Translations under genes and position numbers: made by a program
The notes under the pieces: model-generated
What the model saw: the letters and a program-made list of their open reading frames with translations, nothing else
What the model was told of the DNA's origin: nothing
The model's database searches: none
From: Octopus sinensis
Lineage: Eukaryota
NCBI RefSeq assembly: GCF_006345805.1
Contig: NC_042998.1
Coordinates: forward strand, 44,082,001 to 44,146,000
DNA length: 64,000 nt
Direction: 5' to 3'
Shown here: positions 23,484-37,993 of the stretch, piece by piece
Numbering within the stretch: position 1 is the first letter of the stretch
Layout: every line of letters starts with the position of its first letter

Positions 23484-25929
23484 TTTTTAATTAGGAATGT
23501 ATGTAAATATGTATGTGTACATTTGTATGAATGCAGATATATGTATACACACGTACATATAACACACGCGCACATATATATATATATATATATACATACA
23601 TATATATATATTTATATATACATGTATGTATATATATGTATATTTATATCTGTTCGTTCATGTATATTCATATGTATGTATAATAGATATACAAACACGG
23701 TATACATAAATCAATATGACAGTATAACTTAATAAAATTTCCGAGAAGCATAACGAGTCGCTTCGTGATATGACAGTTACGTAATTCACCCTTCAGATGT
23801 GAACTAACTTTGCAACCACCTTCACTGGAGTAGAATTAGCAGACGTACGGGTGCTTGTAGATTGATAGATATATCTAAATCAATTAACGAAAGGTACTTA
23901 CAAATACTATTCACCTGTGTGTAACAACTGTAGCATTTTAGTCAAATTTTGGTATCCATGTATATATAAGCAATTGATGGTTCAAAACTACCAGGCATGT
24001 ATAATTTATCCTTTCTACTACTGGCAAAAGACCTGAAATTTTGAGGGGAGGGGACCAGTGGATGGGATTGACCTCAGTACTGGTACTTAATTTATTGACC
24101 CCGAATGAATAAGAGGCAAAGATATAAATAAGAACATGTAAATTCTGGGTTGACGAGCCCTTTCGGATTAAACAATTTCGAAGGATAATATTTATAGCTT
24201 TATGTGTGTGTTTGTAATAATTATGAACAATTGCTTCATATTGTCACAAAGGGTTATATAATTCTCACTCACTCTGACACACGCATATATATATAACATG
24301 GACCTTACTACTGTTGGACAGAGAAGACGGCCCCGTAGCATCTTACTGAATAACTTCAACGATGGTCAGATTATAGTAGTCAAATATTCGTCTTTACTAC
24401 ATAAACAAACTCCCACCATGTAATTGAGATTACCTGTATTGAACCACAAATGTGCGACATGTCAAATATCGGGATTCTAACATGATCAGAGCCAGGCCAT
24501 GCAGTTTCATTTATGGATGGATGGATGAATGGATGGATGGATGGATGGATATATGTATGTATTGGTAAGTCGGAGGTTAATGGAGAGAAGGCTTTTTCTA
24601 AATTGTCCCGCCGTGGGTAGAAAACGAAACCACGATTCTTTGATGTCTTAAACACATATCAATGCTGACAGCTAATAAGTAGTATAATGGTCCTTTATAG
24701 AATAAATACACACCCACACATATATAATACACAAACAAACACACATATTATTATACATATATTTATATAGACTCAAATCTCACATACATATGCACACAAC
24801 TTATATGTGTGTGTGTATGTGTGGTTGATTATGTGTGTGCGTGTGTGAATGTATGCATGTTTGTGAATGTATATATGTCCATCTATACCCACGGCATTTC
24901 GCACACTCACACATACGATGGAAACTGTCACCGCATAATTCGTTTCTTATAAAATAAACTGCTCTTCTCTCCTAATTAACAGAAACATCAACTTCAATAA
25001 GACAAGAAAATTCAATTCTCAGCTTCAAATATATATGTACAGAGACAGTTTAAGAGATTTAATGCAATTTATTTCTGAAATGTTCTGTATTAAGTGGTGC
25101 TATTTGTATTAATATACCCTAAAACTGTTTTCACTTTTTATTAAACTATTTTGATATTTAACAGTCATAATGTCTCAGATATAAGAGAAGTGGAACGGAT
25201 TATTCCTTGTGACATATACGCCTGTCTCCAGGCTATAGATGACGTACACGGAATCAAGTTTAAGTCTGCGTCAGCGAAAGTAATCCAATCGAAGTTAATT
25301 ATAATGAAATAATCTAAAATCTGTAAGTTAAATAGTGTAGAAAAATAAAAAGAATTGTAATGAATATTACAGGTATACACAATAGTTATTAAGACAGAAA
25401 AAATAGTAATTAAGAAAGGAAAGAAAGAATTATTTATGTTTTATTTCTACAATTCGTGGCGGTAGCGTAAGTCTAGTGAAATCACTTAAGAATTTTAAAC
25501 CGTTACCAAAGCTTCACGTAGTTTTGGCCTCACGGTACACGTCACAAGTAAGTAAATATTTCCTTTCCAGAGTCATATCTATGGAGCAGTGTGGATAAAA
25601 AATGAGTGTGAACTGCTAAAATTTCTAGTCAAAGCCATTTTCACCAGAAGCGGTTCTTTGATGTCTTTAATAGGAAATAGAGGTCACGACTTGGAATCAG
25701 AGCACCGAGATGGGTTTAAGTTTTCAACATTTTTATATTTTATTTTTGGCTGATTCTCTAAAATTGTAATGTAGCTGCAATGAACAAAAAAGATACAGGG
25801 CTGCACAACATATTTCAATGAAACAAAGTCAGTGAGATAACAAAGGCAGTATCAATAACAGTACATACAACACCAAGTAAACTAGTGATGATATATAGCT
25901 ACTACACAGGGTGCTATATGTATTGTTAC

Positions 25930-26074
25930 TACTACATCTACTGACGCTTTTATTGCTGCTGCTGCTGCTACAGCTACTACTGCTTGCGCTACTGCTACTG
26001 TTAATATTACTACTAATGCTACTGCTGCTACTACGACTACTATTACTACTACTACTACTACTACTACTACTACA

Positions 26075-26125
<51 letters not shown>
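25930..26125. repeat. (CTA/CTG)n followed by (AAT)n
   Basis: Direct reading. Confidence 0.95.
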
Positions 26126-26667
26126 TACCAGGCAGTGGCTCTCATGGCTTCTGATCTTAACTGATTGGAAGTGTTATCATGTACATTGTTTTGTCTTGGT
26201 ATAAAAGATGGGCTACAGCAAATATTCTGCTCAATACCACAGATTTGCTTGTCAGTTGTTTGACCATAACCAGTTGAGCATGTCCCTTAGTGGCTGACGA
26301 TATGTGCATCTCTGATCACGAGCAGAAGTAGTGGGGGAGCATCATAGCCATGTGTTGAGAGGGATTCTTTGGGGTTTGAATAGTTCACCTCTGGAAACAT
26401 GGGTGGTTCTTTCAACATCCTTAAACAACCCTTATTCAGGGACCGTTTGAGCGGGATGGGCTACTCAACCTGAAGAAAATTCTAACTGGGCCCCACCTGC
26501 AAGGTCATGTGCTGTTTATCTTGATATGAGATCACCATGTCGCGCACATATGGTTGTGATGCATGTGCCTGGTGTACCTTTATCAGACGGGTAGTCATGA
26601 TGGGTATATTGGGCTTCGTATATTTTACCCCAGTGTCACTTTGATGGCATGAACTGCTCTCTCACTC
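26126..26667 (+). mobile_element. ~540-bp non-coding interspersed element embedded in (AAT)n, copy 1
   Basis: Flanked by (AAT)n on both sides; 26247-26667 is repeated at 26689-27093. Strand inferred from truncation polarity. Confidence 0.75.
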
Positions 26668-26688
26668 AATAATAATAATAATAATAAT

Positions 26689-27093
26689 GCTTGTCAGTTG
26701 TTTGACCGTAAACAGTTGAGCATGTCCCTTAGTGGCTGACGATATGTGCACCTCTGATCACAAGTAGAAGTAGTAGGGGAGCATCATAACCGTGTGTTAA
26801 AGGAATTCTTAGTGGTTTGGATAATTCACGTTTGGAAACATGGGTGTTTCGTACAACACCCGTAAATAATCCATTTGAGCAGGATGGGTTACTCGACGAA
26901 GAAAATTCTAACTGAGCCCCACCTGCAATGTCATGTGCTTTTTATCTTGATATGAGATCACCATGTTGCGCACATATGGTTGTGATACATGTGCCTAGTG
27001 CACCCTTATCAGACGGCTAGTCATGATGGGTATACTGGGCTTCGTATATTCTACCCCAGTGTCACTTTGCTGGCATGCACTGCTCTCTCACTC
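26689..27093 (+). mobile_element. Second, truncated and diverged copy of the 540-bp element
   Basis: Same 3' end ctctctcactc(aat)n; lacks the first ~120 bp; many substitutions relative to copy 1. Confidence 0.75.
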
Positions 27094-27139
27094 AATAATA
27101 ATAATTTCCAACAAAACATGTTGAATTCACTCAGACCGA

Positions 27140-27375
27140 CAAGTCGGACTAAATACCGCTAAACATTTTGCCCAGCGTGATAGCCACCTAGATAATAATA
27201 AATTCAAATTTTGACACGAAGCCCTCAATTTCTGGAGAATGGGTAAGTCGTTTACATCGACCCCACTTCTCAACCGGTACTCATTTTATCAACCTTGAAT
27301 GAACGAAAGGCAAAGTAAACCTCGGCAGAATTTCAACGCAAACCGTAAAGACAGCATGCTAGCGACTCTTCAAGC
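27140..27375 (-). mobile_element. Degraded SINE family B pieces
   Basis: Minus-strand ctgccgaggtttactttgcctttcgttcattcaaggttgataaaatgagtaccgg core, and a head-like segment at 27150-27190. Confidence 0.6.
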
Positions 27376-27729
27376 TCGCCGCCTCCATAGTATTGGTGAT
27401 GATGATGAGGAGGAGGAGGAAGAGGGGAGAGGAAGGTGGGGGAGGATGCAGATAATGATAATGATAATGATAATAATTCCAAAACATATGAAACAAAATA
27501 AAAACAAAACGAATTGCCCCAAGCGAGCAAAAAAGGAGCAAATAATCACTGGGTTTAAAACATCCCTAAACAGTTATGCCCAGAAATATATCTACAAAAA
27601 AATGATAATAATAATATAGAGGCAAATTTCGATCAATAAGCCTCATGCGATCACGATATGAGAAATATATCCCTTGAAACAACTCGGAAGCAATGTTCAG
27701 TCGAATATAAAATCCAAACATACATACCC

Positions 27730-29530
27730 GTTTTCTAATGTCAACGTGATGTCTTAACCATAAGACAAAATTCATACAAGATCAGTCATCGCCAGGAACA
27801 ACAAGGGCTGTATTATCCTGCTGCTGGAATTAACTCTCCAACAGAAAAAAAAATCATCTAGCAGTTAACCAGGACCAGGAGAATTCTAATCGTACACATG
27901 TAGCAATACTGGATAGGATCACCATCAAAAGCGAAACTCATAAAATGGGCTAGAGAGGATTATAGAGATGTATTGGAAGCTTTCTACAACGACCAACAAA
28001 ACTCAAATGATAACCTCATTGTACAAACTTACACTTTAGCAGGTAATAATGTACGAAGCTACATAGATGCAAATAAATTAAGCAAAGTACGTAGAATTAT
28101 CATTAAGAACAAAAGACTAACAAAAGATGAAATTGACCAAATTAGGACACAGATATGTCATGGGAGACCAAATAAAACCAGCTGCCATATAGATGAAACA
28201 CAGAACCTATTGTAAGAAAAGCATTGTGAAGAACAGAGAAGCTGAGCAAAGAGCAGCGTTGAAAAGAGATGCAGAAAAAATAGGAATATGTAGAATTACC
28301 GCAAGAATACTAAACTAGCCATGACACATATGTTGAGGTTAATTATAAGGAAAAAATTGCAAAAGTAAAAGACATTATGGGTGAATTCATAACACTGAGT
28401 TTAATTTAGAACCGCTGCCAAAGTTTAGAAGCGGCACAAAGAATAACTACAAAATCATGATATATAACATTGGCTCGAAGACAGATTTTAAGAAATAAGG
28501 AAATTGATATAACGATCTAAATTAATCTTGTCTATTCCATTGCTCTAATACTTACTGCTCACCTAGGTATTAGATGACAAAGAAAAACATCAGATATGTC
28601 GATAAACCTTCTAGTGAAAGACAAAAATACAAATAAGTAATTACATCTCTGCGGGCGGATGTATCAGTTCTCGGTGAAATTGTTACAGGAGTAAATATTA
28701 AAACAAGAAAGTCTAGAAAAATAAAACAATATCAAACCAGAGATCTTATAAACCTCCGTGCTATTAACTAACTATTGAAATAGCGTATACAGTTAAAAGC
28801 CCAACGGCTTAGAAGATATGATGAATGAAACAAATCTTAGCGACAAAATAAAATGTTCAAAACAGGCGCAAAGTTTCATAGGTAAATTGGAAAAAGTAAA
28901 ATAGAGGTGAAGGATCGACAAATTGGATGAGTTCTAGAAGAAGATGTGGAGCAAAGAATAAGATTATAATGCTGACGTTTACCGAATAGAACATGAGGAG
29001 AAACTGTATGAAGTTGAAGAACAGAACTGAGTGGCAATCAGAATAGATCTAACGTGGTTTATTAGGTACCACAAACGGAAAGCTCCTTAACTGGCCCGCA
29101 TCGCTAACTTCTGGCTGAGATGTTTGACAGAAGTACATCTCCAAATTCTTACGAAATAACTTGATCTCTTTTAAAACCATTGGATGAGCAAATACAACAG
29201 CATCAACATCAAACGAGGCCTCTCTCAAGGTGAGTCCTTCTCCTCATTACTTTTTCGCATGGCGCTGATCCCACTCTGAAATTCATTGAAAAACACCGGA
29301 TATGAATACAAAACTCTTACCAAGAGAATAAACCAACTGTTTTACATGAACGATCTAAAGCTATTTGCAAGAAATGAACAAGAACTTGAAGAGCAGCTAA
29401 CAACTGCTGAAGAATTTAGCAATTACATCGGGATGGGTTTTGGTCTCGTTAAATGTGCTAAAGCAACTTTCATAATAAATAAGCTCAGGTACACAGCATT
29501 TATTAAATTATATATCGACACTACCATCAA
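27730..29530 (+). pseudogene. Degraded, internally deleted R4/Dong-clade LINE
   Basis: KLIKWAREDYRDVLEAFY (N-terminal), RGLSQGESFSSLLFRMALIPL, and INQLFYMNDLKLFARN...FSNYIGMGFGLVKCA (RT motifs). Confidence 0.8.
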
Positions 29531-29559
29531 GAACCTTGATCCACTATTAAAAATAGAAA

Positions 29560-29779
29560 TACCTGAGAATATTATTTATATTATGTACGTTCGATGGATA
29601 TTTGTCCTCATCTTTTTTGCTGTTAACACAACGCTTCTTGGGGAAATTTCGAACCTGGGTTCTGATTCCTAACGTATTTTTCGATGTTTTTATTATTATT
29701 GTTCTGGTCAGTGCTTGGAATCGAACTCAGAATCTTGGGGTTAGTAACCCGCGCTGTTAATCACTGCACCATATGACCA
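29560..29779 (-). mobile_element. tRNA-head/(AAT)n/hammerhead-region unit at the 3' end of a Penelope ORF (core deleted)
   Basis: Minus TGGTCATATGGTGCAGTG...GAGTTCGATTCCAAGCA head; body homologous to 8090-8250 but lacking ~33 nt of the ribozyme core. Confidence 0.85.
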
Positions 29780-29795
29780 TCGTTAGTTTTAGGAC

Positions 29796-30560
29796 TTATA
29801 AATCTACTATTTTTCTATCCTCCCTTAATATTGGTTCCCATATGCTGCTCATATCTGCACTCAATCTGCTTAGGCGGTTGCTGTGTCCTAGCATATGTGC
29901 TGCTTCTTTTAGTTTTCGTATTTCCAGTGGTGTTCTCTGTCTATTATTTTAACTTCATCCCACAGGGGGAGGTGGTTTCCGTTTTTCCATACATGATCAG
30001 CTATACCCGATTTATCAATATCTCCCCGTGTCACAAATTTGCGATGTTCGTTTACCCTTATTTTGCGTGGGGGAGCATGTTTCGCCTTTGTATAACCTAC
30101 CACAGCTGCATGGGATAGAGTACATGTAGTCTTTGGTCATATTCTCTTCTATTGGTGGTTTTACTCAAAGGAGATATATGTGAAGTGTTGTATTACTATT
30201 GAATACTGTCCTGATGCCATATAGGCATGTTCAATCAATACCATGTTCAACTGTGTTGTCAATGCTATTACATCACTTGACAAAGTTATCTTACAGATTT
30301 TCTATAGAAATCATATCCAGCACTGACTTTGTTACGACGTATTGTATCCGAGACGCTTCATGCGAACAAACAATAAGATCGAAGATGGAAAATGGGTAAT
30401 GGCCCAGTCTGTATTTTAGCTTTGCTATCTCGTCGGGCATATGGTACTATAACTTTCGGATAACTTAGGGGACGTGAGTAAGCACGAACAAGGTAACTGC
30501 CGTGCTGGGTGTCTTCCCTTATGCATAGGCTAGTCCATTTCATTCTCTCATCAATTTTTG
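29796..30560 (-). pseudogene. Penelope-like element C-terminus with GIY-YIG endonuclease
   Basis: GIRTVFNSNTTL..VKPP..TKDYMYSIPCSCGRLYKGET..RKIRVNEHRKFVTRGDIDKSGIADHVWKNGNHLPLWDEVKIIDREHHWK, ending SSIWEPILREDRKIVDL*. Confidence 0.88.
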
Positions 30561-30899
30561 TTTCTCTGACTTGTTCGTAAATGTAAGTAGCCTACTGAAA
30601 CTGCTATTCTTTATAACACAAATAATGAAGTGGTATATTGAATAGTTGTACTCATTAGTTCCTGCTTAACTAGCTCAGTAATTCACACACTATAGAAGGT
30701 TTTGTGACGAAAGCGTGTTGTTTTACTTTTACTATCATATACTAGCTTAGATCATATATATCTAAATTGGCCATAAACAGCCTAAAAATTGATCTCTGTA
30801 AACCAGTTGTTGTATCCCTAGAATATTCATTTCAACTTAACTAATAAATAAATATCTATATACAGCGAAGTTGGTGTAATTTGTCTGCATTGGTGTATT

Positions 30900-31560
30900 G
30901 GGAAAATTTATTAAATATGTCTCAGACAATTTCAAACGTGTAGGGCATTTAGAAAGGTTTCACATTGACATGATATTAGGATGCATTTATGACACAATTC
31001 TATTTCACAAACGAGTGGGATGTTCCCATGACTATTACCAAATAGCGAAAAATTTCGATTTATCCTGGCGTATCAGAATATAGATATACACCAACATCTA
31101 GGAATCCCATTTAGGTTTTCTCTTTCATCAGCACCCATCCAACCCATTAATCATTTACAAATTTATTAAGTAAAAAGCCACTAAATATCGCAAAGGATTT
31201 GAAACCTCATTCGTATACTGTGGCCTATAAATTTCAGGAAATCTAACCTTGCACTTCCTCCAGATTCACAAATAGAGGTCTATAACATATAAATCATAAT
31301 ACCGAAAGAGAATCACAAGAGCCACACTGTTTCTTCATACGAAGTAACATTTGAAACTGTGCTTGTTGGAACACAATGCTGAGACCCACAACTGCATTTG
31401 AATTGCAGAAGTCTCTTTTGAGACGAATGAGGTGCTCTACATCTGTATTTTGTTGGGTTGCTGCCATAGGCTCAAAAGTCCGCTGTCGTTTACCAATTCG
31501 CATCACGAGTGCCGACGATTCAAATTGCCAACTTCTACAGCTGTCTTGCAACATTATAAA
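30900..31560 (-). pseudogene. Possible older Penelope N-terminal/RT relic
   Basis: EHLIRLKRDFCNSNAVVGLSI loosely resembles the Penelope N-terminal HL.FL..C motif; a frameshifted G..MG-like motif lies near 31030. Weak. Confidence 0.3.
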
Positions 31561-31834
31561 CTTGGAAATCTCTACAGCGTCTCCTGTTCAGTAATTTATT
31601 TTGTTTGTATTCGGTATTATATATTTTAAATTCAGTTATCATAGTTGTTGCTGATGATTATGATGTTGCTATCCTAGGTGATTGCCGTTCTCTCTAAAGG
31701 CTGACTTCATTCACATGATCTTGATGGCAAATGAAGTATTTAATGTGAATCCCTTCATATTCGTCTCGTCTAATGCTTGCTCTTCCCGATACTTGGAGAT
31801 ATGCATACATACACACGCACACACATACATATGT

Positions 31835-31894
<60 letters not shown>

Positions 31895-34800
31895 TCTTTC
31901 GCTCATAAACATATATACGAGAGAGAGAAAGACCCAGACATACAAAGACAGGGAGTGTGCAGCATGTTCTATCAACGTAGTAGAAAGAAGTTTCAGTAAA
32001 TATATAGAAGACAAAGAAAATATAGATCACGTCTCTCAGCCAGTATTTGCGAAAGGTCAGTAAAGCGGCATATTACCCGACAGTAACAACGAACCTTAGT
32101 CTTTAGAGTGAAGTGTCGCTAATGCAATTTATGTGCTCGTTAGGGATTATGATAAAGAGTTAGTAATTTTGAGAGACTTAATTTTGTAAGAGCATGAATG
32201 CTTGGTGCGTATTCTCGATATATTTATCAATTGTCAAATAGAAAATATCTATGTCTGTTTTTAAGGAACCTGTAACATCAGGTGTCTAGTTTGAATACGA
32301 ATTGCGTTGACGCCTAAAGCTGTAAAGAAAAGAACAAATGAGTATTTCATCAACTTCGGTGTATGCATAAGTTGAGGCCGAAAATTGGAAGACAAGTTAG
32401 ATTGCACAAGAAATTGCTTTGAGGTATTCATTCTGGGTCTCTGATCCAAATTGAAATACCACTGAGGCCAACATTTTATATGTTTGGAGTCGACGAAATA
32501 AAGCACCTGTAACCAAGTCTAGGACTATCAGGTGGTCATAGGAGGCATTAATGGAGTACAAACATCCGGATTGGTTCTCTAGAATTCTTTTCCTTTCCTA
32601 AGTGTAAAAGACAACTGTTGCAGTTATAGATCATAATAAATAAAATCAAGAATTCAAGAACTTTCTTATTTCCACAAGGTGATATAATATAGGTCGAAAA
32701 GTGTCATGTTAAGTTCAGACTACAATGGAATAGATTCATAGTAGCTTACTTCAGAGAACTGTCATGCCAGACATTCAAAACCTTACTGATGTGAATTGGA
32801 ACAGGATTGCTCTGCTGAAATTCTAATGACATTCTTCAATTTCTTACTTCTCTTTTAAATACAACGCCATATGAATTCTCGAAAATATGCATTATTTATG
32901 AACATATATCAGTTTGTGGCAGCAAAAACGCATATTTCTAGAAGTAAAGTTCATACATACTTGAAAATATAGATAACTGTAAAAGTAGGTGAGTAGTACA
33001 ATGAGGATAAAAAGAAAAACAATAACAACACTGTATTATAAATGGCATTTGATAAACAGCTGTATTTTGAAAAATTTATATTGATGATCTAAGCTTATAT
33101 TTATTTTCTTACTGTCATAAATAACGATTTCTTAGCCAAGGACACTGGGAATTCAGTACGTTCGCAAATTTCACAAGAGAATTAGTGACGTAGTGAAAGG
33201 AATCGATTCCTATCACAATATGATTTCTACAAATGATTTCATGACAACAGAAAATGGCTTATTTTAAAGTATGGGATTCCAGAAAACCATTATAAAGAAC
33301 GAAAGAATATTTAAAATCGATGTTTTTCTAAGGCCTTCCATGACAAATATAACTTTATTTCTAAAATTAAGCTTCATTCAACGAGGAAGATATAAACGGC
33401 TATCAAAAGATTAAAAGTCCTACAGAATTCTTTTGTAAACGAAAATATCTGTGGAATATATTTCCAAAGGAAAATAGGCTGCTACTCAAGGCCCAATTAC
33501 ACCTAGTTAGAATAATAAAGACTGCTTTCCCGGCGGTTGTGGTGGAGTGGATTCGAAAATCTAATTTTACATTTAAAAATAGTGAAAGATTTACTTGTAT
33601 AAAGTTGAAAATATAACATCGCAATTATTTAAAGTTTACTGGATCAGAAGAAATGTAACCTTTGGAATTTTCCAGCTCTTGTTCAAATTCAAATTTATTA
33701 TGCTAGGGATGCTGAAAACTTCCTGGCTTTAAGGCTATTGAAAAAGGCGTAGTCAGAGGCCTAAACTTTCGAGTTATTTTACAGGGTTTAGAAAAACTGA
33801 AGGACTGCAGAAACAGATGTGGGAATATGAGGGGAGATTATATTGAATAAAATCAAAACTAACAGATCTTGTATTTTCTTTTACCCAAAGCAAGAGAATT
33901 TCAGCACCCCCACGTAGAATTATAAATTGCGACACATTTTAACTCTAACTGTACACCCCAAAACATTTTTACTGGTTTGATAGATGAAAGGTGACAATAT
34001 TTGCATGGTTTTTACCTACCGAGTTAAGATTTTGTCGTAATCGAGTTTGCATTCTATTCTCGGTCGTTACAGCTATTATCATTTGAGTACTGATATAACT
34101 CTGAACAATGACAACCACCTCTTTTGTTTGAACTCCACGTACCTACGCTAGATAATATTTTAACATTTTTAAGGGTTACTATATACGTTCGTTTTCAAAT
34201 GTGAAGATTTATTCAAATGAACTGAGAAGAGGCATTTCGTTCTTTTGTGTAAAGTTACTTTATTATGTTACTTCAAATGAATAGTGTAAGGAGGACTTCA
34301 AATGAATCAATTGAGAGTGTTTTGATCTCCTAATCAAAGATATCGTGTATATCCAACTACATCCTAACATCTCCTTAGAAAATCCAAGTGTCAGTCCTAA
34401 ATCCCAGTCGTATAAAAACATCCGATTTCGATCTTAAAATGTCTGCAGTTTTGAGTATATATTTCCTCGGGCGCAATCGAAAATGTAATTTTATATAACT
34501 TTCAAATTATTATCCTATCAAAATAAAGACTAATTTTATGTTCAAATCCCGTTAGCTAATAGTTAAATTAAACAATTATTTTTTAGGGTTTGAGGCGAAG
34601 AAACTCTGTTCGTGGTGTATGTATCGAAGGGAGGTGTTGCAGTTGGTACTATTCTCGGAATACAGATGCTTACATCTGAGGGGAAAGTTGGTTGGAAAGC
34701 TTTTAGTAAAGATTTTGAAGGGTCATGCAGTAGAATAACAAGATAAAGAGAGAAAAAAAACCCACACATACGCATACATATACATACATAGAAGCAAACA

Positions 34801-36958
34801 AACAGATGTGTGTGTTTATGTGTGTATGCCCATATGTATATGTGTTCATACACATACATACATACATGTATTAACTTTCACATGAAAAGGTACAGGAATG
34901 TATTCTTTGCTTTTCTGATTGTAGGTCATATGTGTTGGTGTGGTGGACAGACGACTCATGTGAGATTAGGTGTTCACATCCCTTTTAAATAGCGTCTTCT
35001 TTTAGCCTGTGATATTTGAGGGTTGTATACGTTGGTTGAGTAAAGAAATGTGGAGGAGGACAAGCGTAGGAGAATGCCCATGGCTCAGCGCTTACGTGTT
35101 TGATTTGCGTCCGACATCAACAACATTAACTGCATACTTCTCCAGGGTTCCACTTTTGATTTTATGTCCCCAACGTTTCAGGGATGAGGGGTTGTTTCCC
35201 AGCGTAACTACTCAATGCATATTCTCATGCTTTGGTAGTTGTCTGAAGAAAGCAAATATATCATTATGATAACTGGTGCAAGAAGTTCTAAATAAAGAAA
35301 GATTTTCCAACAGTATTATCTCTGTGGGATGAGTCTGGGAACCAATACAGTGTGCATATAGAAATCAACAAGGATGACAACACAAAGTTTAATATGTTGG
35401 GTACAATACTTGACTACGTCGAGGAAAATGATTAACTGTCACGACAAAAATAAAAAGCAAAGCAAGTGAAGGAATCTTCTAAATGTTTAAAATTATTATC
35501 AGCGCTCAGGAGTAATTAAATAAATTGTTTCCCTGTACATTTACAGTTAATCATTTGTAATATATTTTACGTCGTTTGCAAGATTCTTGATGAGATCTCC
35601 TGTGCTGAAACTTATTGTTGTATCTCGAGAGCGTCATTATGCTACTAATAGGCTCACACACTCGTAATATTTCGTCCTTACTATTTATTTTCTAAATTAG
35701 TTAACTATTTACCTAAATGATTGATTAACCGAATGATTAATGAAGCACTCGAGTAGTTAACTGAATAAATATCTAGCAACTGACAAATAAATAATTAAAA
35801 AGTGAAATACAACCAACGCGTGTGCTTATTATTGGTGTAATGACCCTTCCGAGATATAAATAGGGAATATTATTAAAGGCTTCTAGAAAAAATTGGCTAA
35901 TGAGATAAACATATATACCAGTGTCCATTATGTTACTCAGAAATAGAAGTTAATCAGTAAAACAACAGTAATGTCGCTCTGGGATAAGTAAATAAACCAG
36001 TGTAATTTATGGGAATTGAAGTGAATAAAGACATGATTTAGGGAGAGAACAATGAATGAAATATGTATCCTAAATGCTCCATCAAATCTAAAGTATTTTA
36101 ATGATCTGTGAATAAAACTAAACGTAAAAGAGAAACTTAGAGCCAAAATAGCTGAAATTGCTGATTTCCAGCGGAGTTGGGTAAGTTGATACGACGTAAC
36201 TGAAGCAACAACCTTTTAGAACGCAGGTTGAATAACGCGCGTAGATTGTAGAGTGGACGAGCATAGACAGATGTAATGCGAAAAAGGAGTTTCGTTGATA
36301 TAAACTTTGCATGAGATTTCAGTGTAGTTTCCATTAAGATATTATATTTTATTATAAATATTTGAAAGATGAAGTGTTTTAATAAAGAGAAATGACATCT
36401 TATGTTAAAAGGAATTTTATTATTTTTATGTTGGGTTTCCGTTAAAGTATTCCTAACTCTCCACAAACGAAAGTACTGAAAATCCAATCTTTAATTTTTC
36501 AATATTTTACAAAAAATCATCGTCGTCGTCATCATCATCCTCATCATCAAATACAACATCAATGACGTTGTCGTTGTCAACGCCGTCACTACTACATCAT
36601 TCTCAACAAACTATGTATAGTGCGTCATTACTGAGAGGATAAAAATTAACTTCTTGGGGCGAATACTTGACAATGCCAGGAGAATGATTAAATGTCAAGA
36701 CATTCTCAAGATAGAAATAAAATGCAAAACTAAGAGAAGAAATGTTCTAAATGAGTAAATAATTAAATCACGACACGAAAGCGATTACACAATCTATTTT
36801 CTTGTAGATTTATGCTAATAATTAGGAATATCATTAAAATATATAGGAAAGGAATCTTGGTAAATGAAGAAATTATTTCAAGCATTTATAGCAGCATTCT
36901 TTATGCTACCCATTAATAGCTGACTGTAAAGTTAAGGTATCGATTGTAAATTCACAGC

Positions 36959-37412
<454 letters not shown>

Positions 37413-37960
37413 TGGATAAATTGTACAAGGTTTATAAACGTATGATGATTAGAGCACCGGCACAGTTTCGATTACCTTCGTAGATAGATAGAAATATACA
37501 TACATACATATATAAATGTGTGTGGGTGTTGTGTGAGTGTGTGGTGTGTGTGTGTTTGTGTGTGTGTGTGTGTTTGTGTTTGTGTGCAACAGTGCTGTTT
37601 TAAACCATGGGTACACTTGGCATTTGTCGGGACCCCAAGCATCTAGGGTGCCAATTCTGTTCTATGTATATTTTGCCATGAAGTCAATGAATAAATACTG
37701 AATGGCCCAGTACATTGATTTGCTTAGAGGCCTATAATACTGCTAAGATGGCTCTGGTGATTTACCGATGATAGCAGTGTCAAACGCTCTCATTCACAAA
37801 ATAAACCAAGATTCAGGATAAAACACAAGCACGGGTGGTAATATGAAATTATATCACCCAGAAGAAACACACTACAGAAGAGGTCTGTGGAAAAGGCAAA
37901 AACTCACGATGATGCTCCAGATGCGTGAGTTATATATATGTATATATATATATATATATA

Positions 37961-37993
37961 GGTGCAGGAGTGGCGGTATGGTAAGCAGCTTGC
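37961..37993 (+). mobile_element. SINE family A 5' stub (A box plus left TSD)
   Basis: GGTGCAGGAGTGGCGGTATGGTAAGCAGCTTGC matches the first 33 nt of the family A head. Confidence 0.85.

Noticed and set aside
26126-27093. CRISPR-like or satellite array
   Set aside because: Only two long copies with no repeat-spacer periodicity, in a eukaryotic context.
33135-33270. Possible host exon (ag...gtatgg), and similar AG/GT-bounded segments elsewhere
   Set aside because: In-frame stop, no recognisable protein, and signals are at chance level in AT-rich DNA.
37590-37756. Possible hAT-type MITE (cagtgctgtttta...ctaagatggctctg)
   Set aside because: TIRs are too degenerate and no 8-bp TSD is visible.
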